Shown here: in pieces, positions 11,494 to 24,998 of the stretch
Layout of the letters: each line of letters begins with the position of its first letter
How positions within the stretch are numbered: the stretch's first letter is position 1
NCBI GenBank assembly: GCA_964187785.1
Contig: OZ076409.1
Coordinates: 34,970,001 to 35,034,000, forward strand
Reading direction: 5' to 3'
Length of the DNA stretch: 64,000 bases
Source of the DNA: Amphiscolops sp. MND2022
Lineage: Eukaryota
Notes under the pieces: model-generated
Databases searched by the model: none
What the model was told of the DNA's origin: nothing
What the model saw: the letters and a program-made list of their open reading frames with translations, nothing else
Position numbers and translations under genes: made by a program

Positions 11494-14400
11494 TGTTGGC
11501 GCCAGTCAATTGCGAGATCAGAAACTCAAATTCGAACGTGACTGGTGAAACGCATAACTCAAAACACTTAGAAAATTTATCAAGGTTTTAGTTGGAGAAT
11601 TTACAAGTTTCACAAGAAAAAGGGCATCCCCAAAAAACACAACCCTGTTTTTTTAGGAAGCACTTGTCCATTGACCCTGAAACTTAGCATGGACATACTA
11701 GAGGTGCTAACTGAACTTTTCATACGAACCACCCTACCTCGTATCTCCCCTGGGTTCCGAGCAATTAACACCCAAAGTGATCTAAGTCGGACCCCAAGAA
11801 AACCCATTTTCGATATTAATTATTATGTGACTTTCTCATATGACCTTGAAGGAAACGTAAGTCCGTTGAAATTATTGATATTTACATTGTGTAAACAAAC
11901 TTTCTAGCCCACCTAACCAACATGCCAAAACCACCACATTGTTTGTTTACTTAGCCAATAACTTCTGTTTTTCTCTAAATGTCATAAATTTATACCGCAT
12001 ATTTCAACTTATATTTGCTTATATTTACTTAGGAAGTGTAATCGACCATTATTAGAGAGATATTTTCTCGACTGAATAGCTATAGTCAAGTTGGGTCTTA
12101 GGACCAAGAGACTAACTGATCAACTTCTCAACCTTCACAACTTTTCACTAGAGTCAGAGCGACTAAGTAGCTACTCTCATAGATGGAGAGCCGGAGCGCG
12201 TGAAGATACAATGAGGGAAGTGTGTTTCGGATCACATCTGATCCAAATCAATGCAACGCAGGATCGCAGGAGATTCCTACGGGTCACATCGGACCCACCA
12301 GCCACAAGATACAGTCCTTTAAACAAGAAAACCAGGATTTGTTTAGTAACAGTCCACAGTACTAAGAAACGGATCAGGGCGGCGTAAAGTTTGTCAAGCC
12401 TCAGCGCAGGATAAGGGCAAGCAGCTGTTACATTCGGTCCGCCGACCCGGACTAGAAGAAAAAGACGAGGACGAAGACATCTCGTTGTAGGACAACTGAG
12501 AAGATTGCCCAAAAAGAACAAGTGTCTGGATCTTGGAGTCTCTGATTTTGTGTCTCTGGGAGTTTGGGCTTTTGTGTCTCCGGGAGTTTGGGCTACTGTA
12601 TCTCTGGGACATTGGGGCTATTGTATCTCTGGATCATTGAGCCTACTGTGTCTCTGGGAGATTGGGATACTGTGTCTCTGGGAGAATGGGCTATCGTGTC
12701 TTTGGGAGATTGGGCTAATGTGTGTATGGGAGATTGGGATACTGTGACTTTGGGAACTGAGTTCAATCAAGAAGAGAAGAGATGGCTCAAACAAAGTTGA
12801 AAATTTTCTGAAGAACTCTGCAGACAACGCGCGAAGGCAGAGTTATTGGAATGCAGATGTCGAGCACGGCAAGACTCTTGAAGAATTTGATGAAAATCTA
12901 GCTAGCAATGATGACGACAGACAGACAGCAGAGCTACTGTTACGACAAACAGATGCCATAAACAGGCGAGAGCGACTCATTAAGGCAGTCGAAACTGCAA
13001 TAAAACTCAAGTATCAACCGCAGATACCCGAAAAATTCGCAGCATAAACACAGCAAAACAGAGTCCACTTGTTGAGTTGCAGCAACAAAATCTAGCATTG
13101 GAAGGTTGATAATACTGATGTCAGCATTGCAAGATGAAAATCAGATACTAAACTATTTGGATCTTGAAGAAAAGAAACGCGGTATTGATGAAATAATGGT
13201 TAGCAACGAGAATTTGCGTGAAGATTCAATAGCAAAAGGCAAAAACGTCGACGAAGAATATTATGCTGCAGCATGTCAAGAAAGGTCTGACATCAAAACG
13301 CAAATTGAAGTTCTGCTGAAGTCACGAAACCAGAGAGCCATTTTGCGAAATCTTGGACACGCCGAACAAACACTGGTGGCAGACGTTCGTGCAAGCGTGG
13401 CAGCAGACAAATTCAGTAAAAATGGTACCTCACCACAAAAGGAACCACAACCAGACGATGAGCAAAAAAGACACGATGGTCATAACTCGGATGACAGCCA
13501 AGAGCCACAAATTGGGGCTAGATCCTTGCCAATAGAAGAAATGAGCATACACGCGCAAGGTGGAAAGAACAAAAGCAACAAAACCTCAGTGTTTTCAAAA
13601 ACGTCAAGTGTAGGACGAGTTCTCGATTAGGAGTTAACAGCTTTGAAGGAGCAAGAAGAATTGCAAACACGCCTGGAGAAATTCAGACGAGAAGCGGAAC
13701 AAAACGTAATATCTGTCTTGCAAGAAGAATTGGCTCGCAAAGCTGGAATAGTCGAAAAAGAAATAGAAAGAGCAAAAGTGTCGAGCAGTCGTGGTTCTAG
13801 CTTCCCACCGGTCGGGACGCCCGATGACAATCTGACGAAAGTTTCAGAGTGGATGGACAAGACAGAAGAACCTGAAAACGTGGCTTAGCCTATTTACGTG
13901 CCATCTGTATACCAGCAAACGTCCGTCTCAGCACCAGTGATTACAGTACAATCAACTCAGGGGGGACAATGTTCCGCGCAAGTGAGAGACTTGAAACCCT
14001 CAGTGCAACCAACCAAAACGACAGAAGCAGTTGTGCGAGATAATGAAAGGGACAAAACAAAGACTGTCAAAGGTGCTGTCAGTCAAATTGAAACAGTACA
14101 ACCAGAAGTGAAGTTCGCGACATCGAAGCCGTCAATGACCCTTATGACAGGCCAAAGCTGGGTCCCATCTACGAATGGAGGCAACCCGAGTAGTGCGTTT
14201 CAAGTACCACAGTTTGCGAACACACAGAAGCAGTATTTTCCAAGTCAAGGTCCAAACTTTATCAAGGTCAAGGGAATTATCTTCAGATTCAGGGAGAAAC
14301 AACTTGCCTTGACAGCAGATGTCGAAGCCATGTTTCTCCAATTGAAAGTACCACCTGCAGATTGTAAAGTACACAGATTTTTGTGCAGAGAAAGCAATAC

Positions 14401-16506
14401 TGAACCTATCGTTGTGTATGAATATGGAAGACACAGTTTTGGAGCTAAGAGTTCGCCAACATGTGTCAACTATGCTTTGCAGCAAGTCGGTGGAGACAGC
14501 AGAGATGACAATGGGATGGTTGCAAGTTTGAACTACAGAAATTTCTATAAGGACAATTTTTTGAAGTCAGTAGCGTCAGCGGAAGAAGCTGTTGACGTGT
14601 ACAGAAACTTGCGGAAATCCTCAGCTGATGGTGGATTTCAACTGACGAAATGGATTTGCAACTCCGAGAAAGTAATGGAAGAAATTCCTTCTGAAGATAG
14701 ATCAGCCGTGCTCAGTAAAACATTCCAAGCTGAACCCTTGGCACCCTCTATCTTTGGACTAAAATGGAATGTGGAGTCACACAGGCTGGAGTGTTGCCGC
14801 GGTACGGAAATAGAGGTGCCTGCCAAGATCACTCACAGAATTGTTTTATCTCACGAATCCTCAATGTATGACCCATTGGGACTGTTTTCCCTTTTCACAA
14901 TCAGGATGAGATTGTTGCTCAAAGGAATTTGGAAGAAACACGGGCAATCGTAGGACGAAGAGTTATCTCCAAAAGACAAGATAGCATTAAAAGAATGGGC
15001 ATCGGAGTTGAATCACATGAATGAAATGGCTATCAAAAGAAAGTATATCTCGAAAAATGCTGAAGTAGTGGAGTTGCAAATTTTTGCCGATGCATCCCTG
15101 GACGCCATGTGCATAGTTGCCTACTTTCGTATCAACAAACTAGAGAGCTTGCCTATGTGGTAGAGAATTGCGGAGCAGCGCCAATGAAGCAACAATCAAT
15201 TCCACGACTAGAGCTACAATCAGCTATGTATGGAACACGATTGAAACAACTGATCGTAGACGAACACGACGTTGAAATTGAACGAACTCTCTTTTGGACG
15301 GATTCGACAACTGTTTTACAATGGCTGCATGAAGCTGACAAGAAATAACCGGTGTTTGTAGCGAGCAGAGTCGCTGAAATCCTTGACAGTTCAACCATTG
15401 ATCAGTGGAGACATGTCGAAGGAACCTTAAACCGTGCCGACATTGGAACAAGAGGAAAATCCTTCCATGAATTAGAAAAAAATGAGTGGTTCACAGGGCG
15501 GCCGGCATGGCTTCGAGAGGAAGAATATGCTTAGCGACAAACCTCACCACAGTTGTTTCAGCAAAAAAATAGAAGACATAGAACAAGTATTTAAAGTTGT
15601 GTCAGAAGAAAAGGACATTGATTGGGAGAAATTCGGTTCGTTCCGAAGAATGACGCGGATCTTCGCCTATTGCATTCGGTTCAAATCAAAATCAAAGGAA
15701 AAGTGGTAATAAAAGAAGAATTGCAGCAAGTGATCCGACTGTTACCGAGGAAGAGCCAGATGGAAAGTTTTGGTCTAGCCTATCAAGCAATGGCAGCAGG
15801 TAAACCTATGGCAGCATCTGATCACTTGGACAAATTGCCACCATATATGGGCAATCAGAACCTAATGCGATTAAAAAGACAACTACGTCATGCTGTTGCG
15901 AGTAATGAAATGAAACAACCATTTTTGCTATCCGCGAAGCAACCAAAAGAGAGGAAATTGGTTGAAGATGTGCTTTAAAGCAACTAACATGAAAAAAACG
16001 GAGTATGTCCGCAGCATTTTGCAGCAAAATTACTGGATAGTTGGATTCCGAAACGCGTTCGAAACTGTGAAGTTGAAGTGTGTTAAGTGCAGAAAGCAAC
16101 AAGTTGGAGGAGTTCAACCGTTCTTGGCAGAGCTACCGAAAGAAAGATTGGAAGAAAGGGTTTTCCTTTTTGCGAACACTGGAGTAGACTATTTTGGGCC
16201 ATTCGAAATGAAATTCATGAGGAAATCAGTGAAACGATGGTGTTGTCTATTCACATGCTTCACAACAAGAGCTGCGCATGTTGAATTCGTGCCCAGCTTG
16301 GAAGCCGACGCGTGTCTTGCTGCAATTACGAGATTCATCGCAAGAAGAAGAAAACCAAATACCATTCTGAGTGATAGTGGGACAAATTTTGTGGGCGCAG
16401 CTAGAGAAATGCGAGAATGGATAGAAGCTTGGAATCAATCAGACATCGAGCAGTCTTTGGCTCAAAGGCAAATAAAATGGAAGTTCAACCCCCCATGTGC
16501 GCTGCA
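11494..16506 (+). mobile_element. BEL/Pao LTR retrotransposon A (LTR, 5' UTR repeats, partial gag, RT, RNase H, partial integrase), decayed
   Basis: TGTTGGCGCC LTR start; RT FRFRE..ALTADVEAMFLQ, FGAKSSPTC; Pao peptidase/RNase H DPLG, FADAS, SIPRLEL, FWTDSTTVLQW; integrase TGVDYFGPF, RAAHVE, SDSGTNFVGA. Confidence 0.9.
12523..12757 (+). repeat. ~24-bp tandem repeat array (~10 units, consensus TGTGTCTCTGGGAGATTGGGCTAC) in the BEL 5' UTR
   Basis: Directly visible periodic units lying just upstream of the gag ATG at ~12782. Confidence 0.9.
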
Positions 16507-19500
16507 TTTGCAAGTAGCGGTTCCGAAAGAGAAATGTATAGTAGTTCGTCTCCTATGGCGTGACAGTCCGGAACACAGCATCGAAATCTTCGAGTACAAC
16601 AGGCACGTGTTTGGTGCAAAAAGTTCTCCTACTTGTGCGAACTACGGATTCCAACAGGGAGGAAGAGAGCAAAAGTTGATTTTCGTTCAGCAGCATCGAT
16701 CGTAAATAGAAACTTCTACATGGACGATTAAGTAAAAAAGTGTTGATAGTCCTCAGGCGGCTATTACTTGTTACCGAGTGGTGGTACAGACTCTCAGACG
16801 TAGTGGATTCACATTGAAGAAATGGGCCAGCAACTGTTCGGACGTTTTACAAACAATCCGAGTAGAAGACCGTTTAGAAGCGAACGAATTCACGCTTAAC
16901 GCAGAATCATCTGCCATTCTAGGTCTGGAGTGGGCAATCGATAAAGATTGTCTGTAAGTATGTAAAGGACCTAGCAAAGAATGTCCGCAAGATATCACTC
17001 AACAAGTAAAGTTATCCTTTGTTTCCTCGGTTTCTGATCCCATGGGAATTTTTGCACCTTTCACTATGCGGATCAGAATGCTTTTGAAAAGTATCTGGAT
17101 TCACTTTGGCCAATCATGGATGAAAAATGCGGATGATGATAAACAAGTATTCCTAGATAGGGTGACAGAAATGCAAACAAATAAAAACACCTCACTTCCT
17201 CGAAAGTATTTCTCCGATAATCCTAAAAACGTTCAACAACACATCTTCAGTGATGCGTGTCTAGAAGCTATGTGTATCGTCGCTTACTTTTGAGCGGAAT
17301 TCAATGATGTAGTTGAAGTCTCTTTTGATTTGGGCAACTGTAGAATAGCTCCCATCAGACAATTGTCTATACCTCGTCTACCAAGCAGCGGTGTATTCTG
17401 TAAGATTGAGAACCTTGATTGTTCAAGAACATGACTTATGGATTGACAGTGTTACTCATTGGACTGACTCAGTTACTGTGCTTCAATGGTTTTATTCAGC
17501 TGACAAAAAAAACAAAATGTTTTTGTAGCTAACACAGCAGCTGAGATTTTGGAAAAATCCACAATTGATGAATGGAAACACATTAAAGGTGAATTGAATC
17601 CAAACGATATCGGGACGCGTGGAAGTACCCTTGAAAAACTGACTGAGAGCGAATGGTTACCAGGAACAATTTGGCTCAAAGACCATCCTGACGAGTGGCC
17701 TTTGTCCCTGCAACTAATTATTTTGGGTCTCATGACCAGGCTGCCGTTGCAGTAATTGCGAACACAAGCATGACTCAGGAGTCAATAGTTGATTGGAGCA
17801 GATTCAGCAGTTTTTCCAAATGTGTGAGAGTTATTGCATTTTGCTTACGTTTTAAAATCAAGAGTCAATCCAAGGTATTACTTCCATGTGAAGTGAAACG
17901 AGCGGAAGAAAAGGTTCTGAAATTAATCCAACTAGAAACTTCTTCTGAAGTGTTTAATGGGAAACAAACGTTTGGTAACACAAGCAAAAGTGGAGACTTG
18001 GCATATATTTCTCCATTTTTCGATGAATGCGGTATGATTCGAATAAGACGTCGCATCAAACATGCAAATTTGAGCTTCCAACAGCGACATCCATTTCTTT
18101 TATCCACAAAACACAGCATAGTTAGTGTAATGTTACGTTACTTACATTTGGAAAACAGCCATGAGGGAGTAGATTATGTTAGAAGTGTAATACAACAGAA
18201 ATTTTGGATTTTGAGATAACGGAATGCTTTGAAGAGCTTCAAAAGCATTTGTGTTCACTGTCGTAAATGATGTGCGCAGATAAAATCTCCTCTTATGGCC
18301 ACTTTATCCGCCGAGAGACTCGATCATCAGTCATTTCTTTTTACCCTCGTTGGAATGGGTTATTTCAGTCCATTCGAGGTGAAAATGTTACGAAGATCGA
18401 TGAAACGATGGTGCTGTTTGTTTACATGTTTGACTACCAGAGCAGTACATCTCGAAGTGGTTCGAAGCCTTGACACAGATTCCTAATTGGTGGCTATCAA
18501 CAGATTTATCGTCAGACGTGGCAAGCCAAAGACCATCGTAAGTGACAATGGTAATATTTTCGTTGGATCAGCGAGAGAGTTGAAAAAGTGCATCAATTCG
18601 TGGAATCAGGATCAAATAACATCAACATCAGAATTTGCTCAAAAGCATATCACATGGAAACTTAAACTTCCTGGGGCACCTTATTTTGGGGATGTTTATG
18701 AGCGTTTGGTCAGAAGTTGCAAGAAAGCAATGATGGCAATTCTTGGAAATCGATCTCTGACTGAAGAATCTTTAACTACAACTATGTGCTTGGTTGAACA
18801 AACGTTGAATGCGCGTCCTATTACCCCCGCAACGGATGATCCTGCTGATTTGGAGGCCCTTACGCCTAATCATTTCATCATGGGTCGTGCGAATGCTTGT
18901 ATACCCTCTATCTCCAATGCTGAAATTTATTCCAATCTACGCAAAATGTTTAGATCGTGTCAAGCTATGTGTATGCGGATATGATTTGGAAACGATGGGT
19001 TGCAGATTACCTACCACAAAACAATGTCAGAACCCATTGGAGTAAACAAAAAGCCAATGTTGAAGTTGGCAACTTAGTTTGGTTGGTGGATAACAATATG
19101 AGAACGTTGGCTCGAATCCAGGAAATTTATCCAGCAAAAGATGGTGTAGTGAGATCAGTGCTTATCAAAACTCATGACGGTACCTTCAAACGCCCTGTAG
19201 TAAAGGTGGCGCCAGTATTCAATGAGCGTTTCCAGTTTCAAAACGGGGCCGGCATTGTTGGCGCCTCGAAAACTACTTGAAATCAGCTATTTGAAAAACA
19301 CCCGAAAATAGCCACAAATTAGTGGCTGTAAAAAATGAGCTTTGGGAATCACACTCTAGGATGGTCGGCAACCAATATATTTTTGGCCAGCTAAACCATC
19401 TAGGGCAAAAAACCGTAACTTGGAGGCAAAAATTACAAAAATTTTTTTCTGTGGAAAAATTGGACTTTTCTTCTAATATAGTACAAGTTTGGTACTTTAT

Positions 19501-19613
19501 TGCCCTGCTTGTGTATTTAACCTTTCAAGTAGGCCATATTTAGTTATAACTGGTCCGGGCGGAAGCCGGTAGAGCTTTTGGAACCTGATAGAAGCTTTTG
19601 TGGGCAAATAACA
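16507..19613 (+). mobile_element. BEL/Pao LTR retrotransposon B (RT to integrase, PPT, 3' LTR), decayed
   Basis: A second RT (LQVAV...FGAKSSPTC), RNase H FSDAC, integrase RAVHLEV, SDNGN.FVG, ALTPNHF, WKRW, DGVVRSV, KRPVVK. PPT AAACGGGGCCGG precedes LTR TGTTGGCGCC at 19256. LTR end is approximate. Confidence 0.9.
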
Positions 19614-19639
19614 AAGATATTCATGAACCACAAAATCGT

Positions 19640-20520
19640 GTAAATGTATGCTTCAGATGTTGATATACCAATATCTTTATATACTTAATCGCGTCGAAAG
19701 TGGGCAGTTTGTTAACTTTATGTATCTTTATAGAGCCTTTATGGTGGCCTCACAGTTGATTGTACACATGACAGTTTATGTAATTTCCTGTATTGTTGAA
19801 GTACCCAAGTTATCTCCTTGTTGAGAGAAAGACCTGAAAGGTGAGATTGAAAACGGTTGACATTCCTCATTCAAGCAACCAACTCAAGGAAATTAATTGT
19901 TTGGAACTTAATCTTTTGAGTCTTCAAGTTAACTTGGGCTATTCTTGAGCTATTTCGAAGTTTTTTTTGTTTTTATACTGGATTCGAGATTCCAACAATA
20001 TTATATTATTATTGCATTTCTGGCAATGTTTCGCTTGACATGGTTTTTGAGACTGAAGACTTTCAATCTTTTGGCAAAGTTAGTCGACTACGGTTTGTTA
20101 CTCCCCAATTTCATCGACGAGTCAACGGTTTAGTGAGTTTTTTGAGAAAACTTTTCAAGTGAGTAATTTTGTGTTTCCTAAACAAGTCCAAAAGTGGTCA
20201 CAGATGCAGTAATTGCTTCACCGACCTCAGGAACTTGTTGTATTGAAAAGGAGGGACATTTTGAACTTATTCACTGTAGAGAGTTTTGCAAGTGCCTTTC
20301 TTGGACAAACAATTCTTAGAAGTGTCCGCAAGTTGCCAACTAGGCCGTCGTAAAGCTTGGTAATGAATTTGTTCTCATACCTTGCAGACGTAAAACTGTT
20401 TGACATGACACATTAACTTCATTGCTTCTTGATCCTGCTGGAAAAAACTTTCACTTATCCAAAAGAGTTCCACCAGAAGTTATTAAATTTTGGCAAAGTC
20501 CCTTTTGCTATCTACATTCT
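19640..20520 (-). mobile_element. Decayed Penelope-like element (5' region with hammerhead-like motif and start of RT)
   Basis: Minus-strand fragments RPP*RLY..KIHKVNKLPTF..IGIST match the PLE RT motif 'RLYGLPKIHK..PLRPIVS.IG'. KNHVKRNIA lies upstream, ATG near 20387, and a degenerate hammerhead motif at 20439-20476. Confidence 0.5.
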
Positions 20521-20949
20521 ACTTTTAGCTGTAAAGGAGTCCCTTTTGACAATAACGCTACCCATACCGAATTTAAAGCAGAACCGGATATAACGAACAC
20601 CGGATATAAGGTATAAAGGATATTGCGTTTCTTTTAGAATTTTTCAATGATACGAAATTGTACTCCCTTTCAATTTCCTGGATATTTAGAATTGATAAAG
20701 AAATAGGTGGAGTTAAAGGCATCGCCTTAGGTTTTTTCGGCATTGTGAGAATGGTATTACTTTTTTTCAACCTAACCAAATTTTTACAAAAAAATTTCAG
20801 CCAATATTTATTTTGTTTCAAGTTACGGGGAACGCGGTTTTCGAGTCTTGTGGGTATCCCTTCGTGGTTTATTTGGTACTGTAAATATATTATACAAGTT
20901 TATATATATATTATACTTGTATATATTATACAAGTTTTCTCAATTGTGT

Positions 20950-21178
20950 CCCCTTTTCAAGCTCCATTTTCGACCCTTTGAGACTTTTTTCCCATGAAAG
21001 AATTTTCAAAATTTAGGTTTTTGTTGTTTGCAGTGGGAAAAAACTTGTTTTCCAGTCTTATGCGTATCCCTTTTGATATTTTCCGGCACTGAGAAATGGA
21101 TAACATTTTAACAATAGATGCCTTTGCATTTTTAAGAATCTTGAGTGGGGCGCCGACTTGGGCCGGTCTTGTCTTGTT
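20950..21178 (+). mobile_element. 3' fragment of DINE-1/HINE-like non-autonomous element
   Basis: Ends GCGCCGACTTGGGCCGGTCTTGTCTTGTT, like the 3' end at 25516-25544. Start is approximate. Confidence 0.45.
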
Positions 21179-24100
21179 GAAGGTAAGAGTCTGTTTTCTC
21201 AACGGAACGTCTGTGTAGCGTGAATTTATCAGGGGAAGCAAAAACGACTTGGGGAAAACCTGAGGGTCCATTATAGCATAGGACAAAGAGGCACTAAGTA
21301 CCCAAGGCTTCTCGCCCGAAAAGTAGTTTTTTTTTGGGGGGGGGGGCTGTACTTGCGAAGAAGACATTCGTCATTTTGTTTCCCGGTCTGTGATTGCTTC
21401 CAAATACGCGCAATAAATTAGCATAACCAACTTTTGAGTAGCTTCTGAAAATGTGTATGAAAGAATCTTGATTCTTGATACTTGGGTCTCAAGATAATCA
21501 TATGATGTTCATAGGTACGGACGTATATTTCCCAAGAAACATAAATCCTCATAAATGAAATGTTCAAAATTCGTTACCAAAAGAATTATGCAGAAAACAT
21601 CATTACCTTCAATACCTGTTTTTTTTTAAAAAAAAATTGTTTCCAAAGTACTTGTAAATCTTTTCACGTTTATTTTTCAGCCTTACGTGCTTGTTGCCCT
21701 TTCTCATCTAAAATGCGTGATGATTAAATTTTTTTGCTAGTCCACAGACATGGCAACAGAGAGTCCGCGGCGAAAACAGGTTATCTTTATACTCCAAAGA
21801 GCGCCATCACGTTCGTGTTTTTTCAGCTGGCCGCTTGAGAATGAATCTGTGAAGATTCGCCTTTTGTTTATTTCTCTGTTATTTGATTTTCCTGCACCAG
21901 TTTCCTAATTGTATTGTTCTATGTAGATATCTTGTGGTACTTTTGAGAATGATGGTTGTTAGAATTGTTTTCCACATCAGTATTGGAGAAACAGTACATG
22001 AACCGAATGACTGAGAGCTTTGAACGTCTGAGAAAGGTTCCATTAACAATTCATGAGCAGTGCCGTTAATAGAGAGATCCAAGTATTTGCACCATCATGT
22101 GTGTGCCATGTACAAATTGCAAAGGCGTACTCCATAAATTGAGTTTCATCACGCGCATCTTACAACACCTGAGTCCCCAAATTAAATTTTAATTGCACCA
22201 CAATTGAGCGCGAGTGACAAGAACGGACACTTTTCCAGTTTCAAGACGACCTTTTCACGAATCCATCATCAAATTGCAGTGTCTTCAGAAACGTAACCCC
22301 TGTACAACATATTCTAGATCCATCGGAATTTCTGATATGGATGAATGTTCCGGCACATTACAATTCTTTTTTTATTTTTGTTCACAGCAAAAAACAACTT
22401 GAATACACGTGGAAACCTGAGAATTTCGCAACAAGGTATGATCACCGGAGTTTTTTGTACAATCTCGAGGCCTCGAAAAAGATAGATGGAAACCATAAAA
22501 CTTTAATGATTTTTGGAATCAATTTTTGAGAACATAAGCGCGTGAATTTTTCCAAGAAAAACTTGTTTCTATAATATTTTTGCTTACTGCTGTTACTCTG
22601 GAATTTATTTTCACATTTAATTGCAGTAGAGGAAAATGCACTGTAATTCTACATGATTTATCACCCGAAGTTCACTGAATTTTCTAGGTTGGATGAAAAA
22701 TTACCTTGAATGCAGGCCTGCAGCATGTAAAACGTTCCTACAGTTTCAACTAGGGCTGTTAGAAAAAAATGATCTCTCAGTTAACCGCCTTTAGTTTTCA
22801 AGTCAATATCTTCACCATGAGGTAATTTTCCTGATAAAAAGTTTTTGCCTTGTGAGAAATTTAGACAGTTTGCAAAATTACATGAAATCGGGGTTCCTCA
22901 GCTACATTTTTATCAAGTTGGGAAAAATTCAGGAAACGGTCATGAGAGAACATTGTGACGACAATAAATATACTGACCTGAAAAGTGCTGCTTTGGTATG
23001 CGTTGTGTTTTACATTTTCCTTTTTATGGGTACTAGGATTAGACACAATTTGAGCGTTAGGCGTTGGGATGTTCCAATAGATCAGAGAGGACTTTTTCTG
23101 ATAGTTGGCCATGTCGCACCGAGAAGAAAGATATTTTGAATCAAGATCGGTACCTCACTAATTGGACCACTTGAGTAGAGTCAGGTGTAAATCTGTTGAA
23201 TTTTGTCGAATTGTAGAATAGTGATTAGCTACGTTCACAAAGCGATAGTGCCGCAAATGCAGACGCGCCAGCACTGGTCCAGTGGTTGGTTTTGACAAAG
23301 GCCGAGTCATGCAACCAATGCTTTGATTTCATTTTATTTAGAAAATTTGAAGAAAGTATAGAAGATTTTGACAAACGAGATTTTAACTTGGGAGATTTTG
23401 ACATGTAACAGTTTCAAGATTGATACTTTTGTTCCACACTAGTTCAGCAACATCCTTTCTACATCGCGTGTCTTATGCTCTCTAACTCTCAACTACCAGT
23501 TCGTAGACGATTCTCACTCGCGCATAGGAGCTTTCAAGTCTTGAAGTACATTGTACATAGACGGTGTGCCAGTTCTTTTTAACCAGGATCTACCATGTAA
23601 AATCTTGTGACCACGAGACCACATTAAACAGACTAAACATTTGACACTTGAAAAACAAATGTCTACCTATAATGCTTAATGCTACCAAAGCCCCTCTTCG
23701 GGAAATTGTACGTTTAAAAACGATTGTTTGCCATTAGTGTCCGCGGCGAAGAAAAAACTATGGAAAGCGTACTTTCGATGCTGGTCTCGTCATTTTGCAT
23801 TATTCCTGACCTTTTCCTTGAAACACAGTGCCGTAAAGTGCAATCATGTATGAGATTCGCGCTCAGGTATTATTGGTAGTTTTCTCAACGCTTTCTTTTA
23901 CACTGCAAGAAGGCGTTTTTACTCTTCTAAAACGGCTTGGAAAACCATCGTCAATTTGAAGATGACTTGCCTTATTGATTTCATTTTACAATATACATAT
24001 TACCCAAGGAAATTACATCAATAAGGTTTGATATCACATTTTTGACTGTACTACTCTTTTTACTACTCACATAATAACCAATCTAAAAACTTCGCTTTAA

Positions 24101-24998
24101 CATAGGCTTTCATCCACACGAGAAACTCTGAAGCGTCGATGGTTTTTAACCATTAAAAATGATTTTTAGCACTCAGGAAATAGTTTTCATTCAACTTGTA
24201 ATAGCTGAAGGTTCTAAAACTACATTAACACCTCGAAAAATAGCTGAATTTTTCATTCACTAGACTATAGCTGTTAATTTTTACGCTTCGCCGTTTCCTT
24301 CTTTCTCACCAAATGCTCCACGTGAAGCTTTTGCTGTTCATTCAAGTAACCACGTATGTAAGAGCTTCCAATCCATCGTTCATGAAATGTTTATTTAATT
24401 GCGATGTTGCGTTTTTGTTGAACGTCATGCATTCAGGTTTTGATGAATGCCGAATATTCAGGCGACAAACATTTTCTCATAGGTTCATTTGAGCCTTTTC
24501 AGCTGTGTATCGTTTTACCATCAATATTAGCAGAACAAATTTTTACAATTTCAGGTTATAATTTCAACAAACGTTCGAATTTAATGGATTTCAGTCCTGT
24601 GTGATAGGTAATATACTTTGATAGCTATCCTGGACCCATAAAATATTTGTAGCAGATATCCGCTAGAACCCCTAGGTTTCCTATTTTTGAACCATTTTGC
24701 AGTTTTTAACAAAACCGAGACTATTATAGAGGCTTTCTGTAGTTTTTCGGGCGTGCTTTTTTTCGACCCGGTCAAGGTGATCATAAACGTGCCGAATGCC
24801 AAAATTCCAAAGGGCATCGAATTCAAACTTTTCATTTTTAATATACTTATTAAATTTCAAGCATTATATTTATTTATTTTTTGGCACTGGGTTTATTTTT
24901 GGCACTGTGCAACTTTCTGAAAAACTCTAGTTTCACGAAGAAGGTCTTTTTGACCTTTAGTTACAAAAGCTCTTTTGGACGGGTCCACCCTTTGTCTT

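Noticed and set aside
12394..12827. Repetitive ORFs on both strands, or a CRISPR-like array
   Set aside because: They are products of a contiguous 24-bp minisatellite with no unique spacers, in a eukaryotic context.
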